Shown here: positions 1 to 12,506 of the stretch, in pieces
Layout of the letters: every line of letters starts with the position of its first letter
How positions within the stretch are numbered: the first letter of the stretch is position 1
Assembly (NCBI GenBank): GCA_012295275.1
Contig: CM022679.1
Span: 5,518,001 to 5,582,000, forward strand
Length of the DNA: 64,000 nt
Source of the DNA: Chrysomallon squamiferum
Taxonomy: Eukaryota > Animalia > Mollusca
Direction of reading: 5' to 3'
Translations under genes and position numbers: made by a program
Notes under the pieces: model-generated
The model's input: the letters and a program-made list of their open reading frames with translations, nothing else
The model's database searches: none
What the model was told of the DNA's origin: nothing

Positions 1-335
1 ACCTGTGGACTTTGTCATGGTAAGTCATTACAAACACAGCAATTACCATCATCATCAGTGTTATTAGTAGTACTACTGCTACCACAATTATTATTATTAG
101 TAGTAGTAGTAGTAGTAGTAGTATTATTAATAATGTTGCTACAGTTATTGCTGTTGTCATTTTTACTTCAGCAGAAGATTTGTGTCAAGACATGTTTGGA
201 GGATGTAGAAAATTTCACAAAGGACATCCATTTTGTGTCAATTACTCTGCAGCTGTCATGTGCAGAAAGTCATGTGGTTTCTGTCACGTGGAAGGTGAAA
301 AGAAACAAAAGCATGAGAAAGAAGGTAATATAGAT

Positions 336-410
<75 letters not shown>

Positions 411-495
411 TAGCAAGAGAGAGAGACAGAGAGAGAAGAGAGAGAGAGAGAGAGACAGAGATAGAGAGAAAGATAGAAGAGAGACAAAGAGATAT

Positions 496-567
<72 letters not shown>

Positions 568-1287
568 TTGATTACAATAGATTCATACTGTTATTATTGT
601 GATTATGATAATGATCATAATGTTGATGATGATAACGACAATATTTTATTATTATTATTATTATTATTATAAAATTTGTATTCGTCATTAGGAAATTCAT
701 GCAGAGACAAGTCACAAAGATGCACAATGTTTCATAAAGGACACCCATTTTGTATTTATGACCATCGAGCCATTATGTGTAAAAAAACCTGCAGACTTTG
801 TCATGGTAAGTTGCAATAATGGAGATGCACACTAACTTCGACACATATATACATATATACCCTAACAAACACACACACATACATACATATATACCCTAAC
901 AAACACACAGACACACATACAAACACACACACACAGACAAAGCTACACCCATACAAACATGCACACATGCAAACACACAAACATACACAGACACACATAT
1001 ACATTTTAAGTATATTTTCCTTATTGGATTGTTTTTGTTTTTTTTTTTTGGAAGATAGAAGGTGGGACAGTTGAGTATTTTTTTTTTCAGATTTCTTTAA
1101 TCATTTAGTTATTTATTTATTTATTTATATTTTAAAGAGGTTAATATTGTTTTTGGTATAAAGTTTATAATATCTGAAATTGTTCATGTTCAGTTGTGTA
1201 TTTTAAGTTTCAGAATCAACCAAACATGCAAACTACTACACCAAACATAAATATCAGCCAGCTGTAATGTGGACAAAACCCCAATAG
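1..1287 (+). CDS. 3' part of a multi-exon ShKT (ShK toxin-like) domain protein, one ShK repeat per exon; 5' end lies upstream of the window
   Basis: Phase-1 GT-AG exons: <1-19 (TCGLCH); 172-324, alternative donor at 294 (AEDLCQDMFGGCRKFHKGHPFCVNYSAAVMCRKSCGFCH..); 692-805 (GNSCRDKSQRCTMFHKGHPFCIYDHRAIMCKKTCRLCH); 1214-1287 (ESTKHANYYTKHKYQPAVMWTKPQ*). The six-Cys CxD..C..C..CxK[ST]CxxC pattern is the ShK signature. Confidence 0.85.
339..564. repeat. (GA)n compound microsatellite in ShKT gene intron
   Basis: Long perfect and imperfect GA runs; these explain the ERER/SLSL ORFs. Confidence 0.95.
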
Positions 1288-1385
1288 ACAAAATGTTATA
1301 AGCAGAACAAGCCAAAACAGGACCACAGCAACTTTGAAAAAACAAAATAATAATAATTTTCATTTCTATCCCGATACATTTTGTG

Positions 1386-1420
1386 AATAAAAGTTAATAC
1401 TGTTTTTGTGTTGTGTGTTT
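1386..1420 (+). terminator. Polyadenylation signal of ShKT gene
   Basis: AATAAA at 1386-1391, ~100 nt after the TAG, followed by a GT-rich tract (tgtttttgtgttgtgtgttt). Confidence 0.6.
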
Positions 1421-2261
1421 ATTTCTCATTAGTTCTGTGATGCTTTTCTTAAAATGAATCCAGCATTGAAATGTAGACATATAGATTCATAGATAGAAAC
1501 ATATACATGTACATACATATGTATGCACTTACATACAAACATACATGCTAAACACAAATTTATATTACTATTTCTTTAATTATTATTATTATTAGCAATA
1601 CTTCTAGTATTACTACCATTTGTTAACTCTACCATAAATGTTAACACTACTTTCACTTCTATTATTACTTATGCAGTATTATCTTTGGATCAACAACTAC
1701 TACAAAGACTATTACAGTTACACGAACAACAATTACTTTTATTACTCCTCCTTGTCCCCTCCCCATCCTCCTCCTCCTACTACAACAATCATCACTGCAC
1801 TCGTCTGATATAAAAATACATCAAGATATGGTCCATATTATCTAACAACTTCCATTCATAAATATTAAATGGCAAAGGAAATCAAACGTGTAGGTCTACA
1901 GTTGTACAATTACAATCATGTAACTGATTTAATACTGGTAGTGTAAAGACTATTTCAAGACTAAGTCTATTTCTCTTTGTATAAACTGTAACTTCAAGTA
2001 ATGATGTAGTGGTATACTGACATTCCAATGCCCTGCATAAAATGTCATGTACAATCAAAGATTTATCAGTTGTACCTAATATAATGTAATACTTTACATA
2101 ATGTTTTTAACAAATTGTTTGCTTGATATCCCATCTACAAACAAGCCTTGATGCAGCCCTCAAGGTACATCATTATAATAATATTTAGATTCAAAGTATC
2201 AGCTATTAAGAATGTTTTTATTTGTGCCTTGATAGCAAATACTGTTATTGCAGGTTAAAAG

Positions 2262-3137
2262 ATGGGCAGACTAAATTTTCTTCACACAGCATATCAGGAT
2301 ACTCTCTTTAATGATCATGGACTGATTAACATAGAAAACACAAATATCGAAGACCGGCTTTCCAAGTATATGACTGACATTTTCACTACTTTACTAGATA
2401 TTGAATGGCGCTGGAATCTGTTAATTTTCTTCAGTGGCTTTGTTCTTACTTGGCTGGGATTTGCTACATACTTCTTTCTTCTCTGTTTTCTCCACGGAGA
2501 TTTGAGTACAAAACCAGAATCTGACTGGATATCATGTGTTCAAAATGTCCAGTCACTCGCTTCTGCATTTCTGTTTTCCATTGAAACGATGACGACCATT
2601 GGCTACGGTTTTCGTCAAGTCACGGAGTCGTGTCCTGGCGCGTACATTGGAATTCTAGTGGAATCACTGCTCGGTGCTGCTCTCCAGTTCGCTCTAGCTG
2701 GCCTCGTTGTGGCAAAGATAAGAAGAGCAAAGAAAAGGTCGATAACTGTGATACTAAGTAAATACGCTTGTATTACAAAGGAAGATCACAACCTGAGACT
2801 GGTTATACGAGTGGGCGATATTCGTAAATCAGACATCATTGGTGCTCACGCTAGAGGCTTCATCATTAGGAAAGCGTCTTCCAGAACTGGAGAGAGAATT
2901 CCTGTACAGTATTTCAGCATGGACTTCCAGTCAGAGGGAGGAGGTAACCAACTGTTTCTACCCTGGCCAACCTACATCATCCACGTCCTCAACGACCAGT
3001 CACCTCTGTACAACTTATCAAAAGAAGATATTGAGAAAGAAAAAAATTATTATCAGGGTCTTGTTCCCACATCTAAATCTAACCCTGATGGGAATTTGTT
3101 TCTTTTCTATTTTGGTTTCTCTGTTGTTGATATTTGA
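2262..3137 (+). CDS. Inward rectifier potassium channel (Kir/KCNJ family), C-terminally truncated; possible pseudogene
   Basis: Motifs DIFTTLLDIEWRW (slide helix), M1, Cys pair (SCVQ / ESCP), FSIETMTTIGYGFR selectivity filter, M2, AKIRRAKKR, RVGDIRKS and HVLNDQSPLYNLS. Homology ends at ~3043, before the expected FEIVVILEG/G-loop. Acceptor ..gcag immediately upstream (2251-2254) suggests a further 5' exon. Confidence 0.9.
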   Translation: MGRLNFLHTAYQDTLFNDHGLINIENTNIEDRLSKYMTDIFTTLLDIEWRWNLLIFFSGFVLTWLGFATYFFLLCFLHGDLSTKPESDWISCVQNVQSLASAFLFSIETMTTIGYGFRQVTESCPGAYIGILVESLLGAALQFALAGLVVAKIRRAKKRSITVILSKYACITKEDHNLRLVIRVGDIRKSDIIGAHARGFIIRKASSRTGERIPVQYFSMDFQSEGGGNQLFLPWPTYIIHVLNDQSPLYNLSKEDIEKEKNYYQGLVPTSKSNPDGNLFLFYFGFSVVDI

Positions 3138-3259
3138 GTATGTTAACAAAATGATGTAAAATACCATTTTCAATTGTTTGAAAATATGAACAAATGTATT
3201 TAAGGCAGACATTTTTTTGAAAATCTACCTAAAGTTTAAAAGCAAAAATAATAATAATT

Positions 3260-3312
<53 letters not shown>

Positions 3313-4556
3313 ATATAAAATAAAAATAAAAATAAAGGTACTAGAATAATAATTTTACATTTAATAAATGATGGCTTCCTGGAATCCACATTTTAAGAAT
3401 TAGTCATTATTTTAATATTTCCTGTTTATATTATGATCCATAAAAAAATTCATGCTGTAATAATTATTACTACTACTACTTTATTATTAAATTTATTTAT
3501 TTATTATTCATTAATTCAAAACAAAAATTCTCACACAGTAAGAATTAATAATCACTTTTATTAGAAATTACTGAATTTAGTATTACTATTAAACTAATTA
3601 TATTTATCATTACTATTTAATTTAGTAAAATTGCAACAATTGTTTATTCATTTTTCAACATTGGACTAAAACAACTTTTTAATTCTTTTGCTGGATTCAG
3701 ATAATCTTCCCATAGAGAAACATCCATAGGTATATACTTCAGTTTGTATCTAAGACAAATAACCATAAAGTAACAGACCTCCAAAATATGAAAAATATAA
3801 GTTTCACATGATAACTTTAGATGTCTCCTGGTCAAAAACTGTACAAAGTGAGTTCATTTCTAAATTCTGGAAGTATGAAATAAGTAAAAAAAAAAAATAT
3901 ATATCAGTTCATTATCTTTATAATAAATAATATTATTAGCTTTCAAAAATAGCCTGAGACATCTTGACATAGTCAATAGTGCCAAAAATGTGGTGACAGA
4001 TCTTACATTTCATCAGCCATAATATCAAAACTAACAAGAATGTGGTCCTAAAATTTTGCAGCCATCCATTACATATATAGATGCACAAAACTGGAGATGG
4101 TTACCTGGGAAATTTTCTGGAATTTGGTTGTTTTGGCATGAAATGACCCTAAAGTACAAAACTACTTCATCCTAAAATTTAATAAAATACTGTGGAAATG
4201 CTAACTAACTATTCTAAAATCTGTTCAAGTTTCTGCTAAAGAATAAAATTACATAGTTAAAATATATTTGATGGCACTTTTATCAAGTTTAAAAACTGAA
4301 GACCCATCCTATCCCAAAATTATATTTTGTTGGCAAAAAAAACAACTAATATTCCAATAGTAATACTCATATTAATGGACAAGAAGAAAAAATTAAAACA
4401 ACAAAAAAAACCCCAGCCGTTTTCATATATATATCTGTATCTATATTTGTATCTATATCTATGTCTATATGTTATATATAGAAGAAACATGGATATAATT
4501 TATGTTGTTTAAATTTATTTCTGATGACAATAAAAAAGGAAATAAAATTGTTTTAC

Positions 4557-4704
4557 CCTAATGTGAGGGTTGTTACAAAATGAGTCAAAGCAGGAACCAC
4601 TAGGAGGTCCATACCCATTGCGGTCCATGCCACATTGCTGTGTGCAGTCTCCTACCTTTATCCTGGTAGTCAAGGCAACCAAAAAACAGAGCATCAAATC
4701 CAAA
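4557..4704 (-). pseudogene. MAN2B1: Isolated pseudo-exon of lysosomal alpha-mannosidase (GH38)
   Basis: Minus strand ttttag|FGFDALFFGCLDYQDKGRRLH.. then, in another frame, NGYGPPSGSCFDSFCNNPHIR|gtaaaa. This matches GH38 'MGFDGFFFGRLDYQDK...NGYNPP..CWD..C' with an internal deletion and a frameshift (148 nt; TAG in the first frame). Confidence 0.8.
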
Positions 4705-6081
4705 CTAAAATATTTAAAAATAAAATTCTATTTACATACTATTAATACTTATTTTGGTTGTTTATTTGAGATTTCAGCTATGTTTTTCTTGTATAGATCT
4801 TAATTTTAATTATATTTTGTTTGTTTCAAATGTTTTATTGAATTTTTATTTCTTCTACATGATATATTTTTGTTGCTGCTGTTGTTTTGTACATGGTTCT
4901 TCTAAATTATGTAAATCATGGAAAAATTTGATGTTCAGTTATTGTTTTGTTTCAAAAACTAATTTAATTATTTTTTTAATATATTTGTTTGTATCCATAC
5001 ATCTATAATATTATACATAACTTATTATATAGATGTATCTCTATTTCTATATTATATACAATGATATCTTATGTCTGTATCTATGTAGACTATTCATATA
5101 ATTATCTTTTTCTTGATCATCTTCTTTTAATTAATTGTATATTACCCATAAACTGTCATCTAAACATCAGCTACAAATGCTATAAATCAGTTAATCATAC
5201 AGATCTGAATGTACTGCTTTCATCGTCATAATGTTGATAAACAGTTAAAACACCATTATTATTACAGACCTTAACCGACCATCATACGTTTGTGCAAATG
5301 TGTGCACAATAAACTGAAAGAACAATGTTCTACCAGACTGCTGTATTAACTTTTCTCTCTGCCTGCGTTCCCCGTGTCTGAAATGAGAAATATATATATG
5401 TAGGTTTTTAGCCACACACAAAAACAACTGCGACGATCAATTTACGTAAATTAGGGTTCTCATTCATTCATTAACTTCCAGCGAACAGTTCTTTCAAACT
5501 TATATAGTTCTCTGTTTGAATAACAGTTTAAATGTCTAAGATAATAAACATATAGACTTTTATGATAAAATAAATTACGCGTATATCAGGGTTATAGAAA
5601 ATAATAAAACATCGGATATATAAAGTAATTTATTTAACAACTATGGTGTTTGTTATGTATTGTTCCGCATCGGACAAATTGTTCGCCAGCTGCATTAGCG
5701 AAAAAACACATTTATCATATTTATAATAATAATGATAATTAAATTTTAAAAATTAAAATATGGTCTAAGATGTTAATACCCTTCTCTAAATTCTTTACTA
5801 TCTAAAATTGTTATTATTCTTTCAAAATAAATAAATAAATAAATAATAATAATACATAATTATTATTTTTATTTATTTATTTATTTTCCATCATTCGAAA
5901 GATTTTTACTAGTTATTACACGCTGAAATGGAAATGAAAAGAAAAACTACCTAATAATGTAATTTGTTAAAAGTTAAAATAAATATGATAACCTGTTGAA
6001 TTAACCAACCGATAACTGTGTGACATAAGGGTTCTATATGTTTTTTCAGCTTCCTTTTAGTTTAAAACAGCCAATAGTTTC

Positions 6082-6116
<35 letters not shown>

Positions 6117-7472
6117 CCAAAAATTATCGTCCTGGGATACCAAATGTAAACAGAAGATAAAACAAACTTTCTTATAAAACTGTTACCAAATGTTCATTGT
6201 TGGAAACGGTAAATACCGAGGTATTTTTCTCAAAATAATAATTATAAAATGACAAAATATGCTAAACTATTAGTGTCTATTTAAATATATAATATATTTT
6301 CTGATACCATAAAACTTAAATGGCATAAGCAGGTACTTGTTACTATGTTAGTTGATCGTTTTATGTAACAATCATTTTAATGTGATTTTTTTTTTCTTTT
6401 TTTTTTTAAACTTTTCTCTTAGTCATTTACTACAGCTGTAGTTTTGATTTACTTATTCGTAATAAAAGTATTTAATTTAAAAAATGAAACATAATAATAA
6501 TAATAATAATAATGCGTGTTTTTTTTTTTTTTTTTTTTTTTTTTTTTGAATGAATACATATTTCAAAACTGTTATACTTGCAATTTTTTTTTTATTAGTA
6601 CTAGTAGTAATAGAAAAACGGCATGCAGAAGAATCTTGCAAGACTCTTTAGTTTCTTAATCTCATCAGTTTAGTTTCCCAAAATAGAAATGAACAGACAA
6701 AGCCACGGCTTTGTAACTAATGGCTACATCATAAATGTTTTGATTACACCAACCCTGTCTAAACTGAGTTTCCGTCCAACTCATCAGATATGTCCACAAA
6801 GACAAAGGTCAGCAGATTTTCAATAACATAAGAGTTTAGATAGATAGATAGATAGATAGATATAAAATAACTTTTAATTTTTTCTTTCTTTCTTTTTAAT
6901 TATGAAGAGTGAAATTAAATCCAATCTTTGTTGGCCTGTAATAAAGTATAACTGAGGTTTTGTATAGCCCGAGTATGCTCTGGCACAGAGACAAATGTCT
7001 GTCTGAGCTGAGGATACTTGGGCTAAGGTATCATACTGATTAATTTTATGTTTTATATAAATGTAAATGAATTCATATACGTACAGAATTTAAAGTGCTT
7101 TTATATTTAAATATTTGTATATGTGTGTATTTATGCTTGTATGTGTGGTGTATAGGTGTGGGTGTGTAGGTACTGGTGTCAGAAATGTGCAGCTTGTTGC
7201 CTGCAAGGTCTTAATCAGTTGAAAATTGCTGTCATTTCCCAGATTAAGCAATCAAAATGCTCTTTAGTTATTGGGCTTAAGAGCAAATTTTGGTGAGCAT
7301 CTAACTAAGATCTGAGCAAGGAATGAATCTGGAAACAAATAAGAAGTATCAATAAATTAAATGCTTGAGATCTGTGCATTTTCATGCTTCTCTGTATAAA
7401 TTTGCGTAATATATGAACTGGCAAAATCAGGTTTTCTTTTTGTAAAATGATCTATAATATACAAAAAACTAT

Positions 7473-7518
<46 letters not shown>

Positions 7519-8082
7519 AAATATATATCCATATTTCTGTGTATGTTAAAATCTATTTGGCTATTTTAGGAAAATATTGTAAGCTTTATCACTTCAAAGT
7601 TTGTTCAAAGAGAATGCAGTAAATATGCCAAAAACAATGAATCATAAAGGTAAAGCAAATACTTTTATGATCATGTAATTTACAATTATACTTGCAATTA
7701 TACTTGCAATTTTATTTTTTATTTATTAGAACAAGTAGTAATAGAAAAACATATATCATTTCAGTGAAGAGCATTCAGAACAATCTTGCAAGACCCTTTA
7801 GTTCCTTAGTCTCACCAGTTTAGTCTTCCAGTACACAAATGAACAAACATAGCCATGGCTTTGTAACTAATGGATGTCAGCCCAGAAATATATATATGTA
7901 TAGATAAGATTTCGTATGAAATTACTTTTTATTATTATTATTATTAACAATTTTTTTTTTTTTAATTTTTTTTTTCTTAATTTTTTTTTTTTTACTCATC
8001 TAGGAAGAGTGAAATTAAATCCATTTTTATAGGCTTTTAATAAATTATAACTAAGGTTTCATATAGCCCAAGTATGCTCTGG

Positions 8083-8133
<51 letters not shown>

Positions 8134-11100
8134 AATTTAAATAGACTTTTAATATTATTTAGTAATAATTTCTATTTAAAGTAATGGTTGTCAGAGTGGA
8201 CATATGACAAAGGAACAGACTTCATACTGAGTACAGAGCATACAAAATGCAAGCTGGAAACATACAAAAAGACAGTCCATCAACTGGAGATATCAATTTC
8301 AAGGATTTTGATCATATTGCACAAAAGTCTCCTGTAAATACTACTACTTAATCAGTTTTGTTTGCTGAATTTCAATTTAACCAAAACCGAAAAATCGGAA
8401 AAATAATAATGTATGTTACTGGTTTTTCATTGACAAATATATTTATAATGTAGTCAAAAAGATATTATATTTTAAATAATATTAATCAGTTTTGTTAGCT
8501 GATTTTCAAATTGTACCGAAATCAGAAAAATAGTAAAGTATGTGTTGTAAAGTATGTTTGTCATTATCTGTGTGTGTGTGTGTGTGTGTGTATGGTTATA
8601 TTATTCTAATTATAATACTGATTACTATTATTTTTATTACTATTAATTTATTTATTTATTGTGATTGTATCGTTGTTGTTGTTGTTATTTGTAAAACTAT
8701 TTTTTACTACAGTATGTAAGACTTGGCAGTAATACTGATCTAGATGAAGTCTGGAAACTCTTGACAGAACACTGGCATCTCAAAGAGCCAAAGTTTCTGA
8801 TCTCAGTTACTGGTGGTTCCAAATATTTTGATGTGAAGCCGAAAGTGAAGAGGATTCTAAAAAAAGCAGTGTGTCATGCTGCCATTAGCACTGGTTTGTA
8901 CATAGAGATATACACAAGTTTTAAACAGCTTTATTTTGATTTTAAACATTTAAACATTTTTGCCTTTCTAGTGACAGTATGAATATATTAAAAGTCAGTT
9001 GAATTTTGACATATAAACATATCTAGCTTTATCTTTATTTTAAATATTTTTTACCTTTATAATAACTGCAAGAAAGTAATATGTCAGTAGTTACATTTTT
9101 AATTTGTTTCTAAGAAAGTGAATAACAATTTAGTCAGCTTTATTCTTTCTGTTTTATTTTATTTATTGTTTTCTATTTCTAAGGGATTTAAGTATACAGA
9201 GATATTTACTATCTTTTTTATTTCTGTTTTATTTTATTTGTTGTTTTCTATTTCTAAGGGATTTAAGTATACAGAGATATTTACTTTTTTTTAATTTCTA
9301 TTGTAAATTTGTCTTACTAATATTTATTGTTTGTTCTGAGGTGTTTTTTGTTTTTGTTGTTTTTATTTATTTATTTTTAGTATTTTATTTTATTTTATAT
9401 TTTATTTTTTTGCTTGTTTCATTACTTTTCTTTTTAATTGTAATTTGTAGGAGCTTGGATTATTACAGGAGGTAGAGGAACAGGCATTATGAAGATGGTA
9501 GGAGAAGCTGTACATGAATATGCAATGGGTCATTGCTTCCCAGATGAAAAAATTGTGACCCTTGGTATAACAACATGGGGAATAGTTTCCAACAGATCTG
9601 CTTTAGAGGCAGAAGGGGTGAGTTTGAATTGGCTGTGCTTGTACTGCATAATTATGTGTACTCTGGTAAACTTCAGAATATATTCTGAACTGATATAACT
9701 TTAATAAGTTAATAAATAATAACCATAAAAAAATATAAATGGAAAATCAGAACCCAAAGTTTAAAGAATTAATAATTGTAGTTGGCTAAAGATTTCATTT
9801 TTTGAGTGCTCTATTTAACAAAGATAACTTAATTTATTTTTTAAAATTTAGAATTAAAATATAAAATGAATTATCACATTATATACATATTTGTCTAGTG
9901 TGTTAGTATATCATGTATCATCTGTGTTAAGATATTTTGTATATTTTTAAGAAATTACTGTCACTCTCTTTATCTCTGTTTTTATCTTTCACTTTGTACA
10001 CTTTGTTTCTTTATTTTATAATTTGAATAAAATTTAATAATATTTTAGAATGGACAGTTTCCTGCAACATATGACATTCAAGATATCCAGATGGATGCTA
10101 AAGGTGCCCCATTAGATCACAATCATTCCCACTTCTTACTTGTTGACAATGGAACAGAAAATAAATATGGAAGGGAAATAAAATTCAGAAAAGATCTTGA
10201 AAGATATATATCGGAAAATGTGAAAACAGAACTTTTTCAGAATCAAAGTAAGAACAATAGAATAATAAATGACAGTTTCAGAGAAAAGGTGAATGTGAAT
10301 GTACAATAATATGTGTATGTAACTAATGGTTTGTGTGTACTGATATGTACAAATAATATGAGAAGTTTGTGTCTGAAACTGTAATGAGCATTTTATGATA
10401 ACAGTAAGTGTAATCAAATTTATTTAAAATTGTGTGTGTGTGTGTGTGTGTACGTACATATGTATGTATGTGTGTGGGTGTATATATGTGTATGTATATT
10501 TGTGTGTATGTATGTGTATGGTACATAAGTATGTGTTTGTGTATATATATATGTGTGGGTGTGTGATTGATTTTCATAACCTCTAAATTAAAAATTGTTT
10601 TGTATGAAAATTATTAGGGCAAGTGTCTTACTATATACAGAATTTTATATACTGAACAACCATTATAACATATTAAAATGTTGATTAAACAGAAGGTGAT
10701 ATTTAAAGTCTAATTTAGCATACACAACAAGATCAAGAATCATAATGTAGTAGAGAAACTATCAAATATATTCTTTTACATAGAAATATTTGTAAACTAC
10801 AGACAGGAAAATATCTGACTTCACTTATTGTAACAGAACTTTATTATATTATTATTATATCATAACTTTACTTTTTATTCCTCCAGGTATACATGTTCCC
10901 ATTGTGACTTTGGTGCTGGCAGGTGAACTAGATACCTTGCGAAATGTCAGTCAAGCTGTCATACAAGAAACACCCGTTGTTGTCATACAGGGAACAGGGA
11001 AAGCAGCAGATTTGATCTCTCTTGGTTATAAACTTAGTGAAAATGAGTGAGTTTCCATATTTACTTTTTAGATACTGCTGTTGTTGTTATTCTTCGACTT

Positions 11101-11777
11101 ATCATTATTATCAATCTTTATCTGTCTTGGTCATAAATTTACAAAATTTCGGAAAAACAAGTGAGTTTCCATACTTTATTTCTGATAGACTTTATTGTCC
11201 TTGTTATTCCCATTGCCTTTGTTATTAATACCACTATTATTTTATTATTTTCAGTTTCCCCTTTCTATTATTATTATGGTTATTACTAATTTTGTTTTTG
11301 TTAGATTGGTTGCTTGCTGTAGTAGGAAATTGAGTAGCTGTTGCCTTTGCACATTATTAGAAAGATTGTTTATTTACTGCTTTCTGTCACTGGAAAAACT
11401 TAAACAAGACTCCACTGAAACTGAAATATCCTGATTAGTAAAGAAAGATTATTATAGCAATGATGTTTTTTTATTATATATTACAAAATAAAATGCTGAA
11501 GAAGATTTATAACATTTTAATTTCAACCACTCATTATTAGTACTAAATGTATTTCTTTTTCAAATCCTAGAAAATGTGCTTTTGACAAAAAAATGACAGA
11601 CAGTGCCAAAAAAATGTTTGTGTGGGATGGAAACAAAGACAAAGGGAAAATAAAGAAGTGTTTAAAATATCTGAAAAACACTTTAAAGTGTAAAAACCTG
11701 GTAAATACATCTACAGTAATATATTTCATAAAATTATGATGTGTGGATGAAGCTAATTCCATTATAAATATAAAAAG

Positions 11778-11907
11778 AAAAATGTTTTTGTTGAAAGACC
11801 ATGCCAGAAGAATGTTTGTTAGGGATGGAAATGGCAAAGAGGACAGAGAGGAGATTTTAGAAAAATGTTTCAGTTATCTGAAAGAAACTTTAGATTATAG
11901 AAATCTG
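11778..11907 (+). other. Diverged tandem duplicate of the preceding TRPM exon (copy 1 only)
   Basis: KMFLLKDHARRMFVRDGNGKEDREEILEKCFSYLKETLDYRNL|gtaaat versus exon 11571-11700 KCAFDKKMTDSAKKMFVWDGNKDKGKIKKCLKYLKNTLKCKNL|gtaaat. Same donor context; acceptor weak. Confidence 0.75.
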
Positions 11908-12506
11908 GTAAATACATCAATAGTAATATTTCAAATAAATATTTTTTCATGTAAACAGGTTGTCAGAAAAGAAGAGTAAAATCATTGTAATGTTTGGATG
12001 AAACTAATTCCATTATAAATATAAAAAGAAAGAAAAGAAAAACAGTTTCATGAAAACATTTTATATTTGTTATGTGTTCTAATACCTTCCCTCTCAAAAA
12101 AAAAAAATAGAAAAGAAAAATAAGAAAACTCCAAGCATAACCTAATTTATAGACACAATATGTTTTAATAATTGTACTGTTTAAACTGGAGACACTAAAT
12201 GCAGTAGATTTCATGCATAACTCCACAAAAACTCTTTATTTTCCATCGTTGATTTTCAAATAATAGTGTTTGTTTGTTTCAGATTACAATTCTTAAGACA
12301 GCAGATGCCAGAAAGGATATTAATACAATTAACCAAGCAATTCTCACTGCCTTGATTAAAGGTTATTTGTGATTGTTTTTACTGTCTGAGAAATCAAATA
12401 ATAATAATATATATATAAATAACTGGGCCATAATAGAAAAAGTTACAGTTCACTGAACTTTATTCCAGAGCATTGGCTTGAGTGACAAGTCCTTTGATTG
12501 GCCTAC

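Noticed and set aside
58-1004. ORFs rich in L/V, ER, SL or CV repeats
   Set aside because: Translations of (TTA)n, (GTA)n, (GA)n and (CA)n microsatellites in introns; only the ShK-coding portion of 180..413 is real.
3780-4160. Possible DNA-transposon terminal fragment (ttttggcatgaaatgaccct)
   Set aside because: No matching opposite end or TSD could be located.
4515-4703. Minus-strand ORF resembling a secreted Cys-rich peptide (MDLMLCFLVAL..)
   Set aside because: Better explained as two frames of a frameshifted alpha-mannosidase exon; the signal-peptide-like part is the wrong frame.
11022-11434. ORFs conserved in all three units (11195/36298/61370; also 13425/38277)
   Set aside because: Intronic, with non-ATG starts and low complexity; conservation simply reflects recent duplication or conversion.
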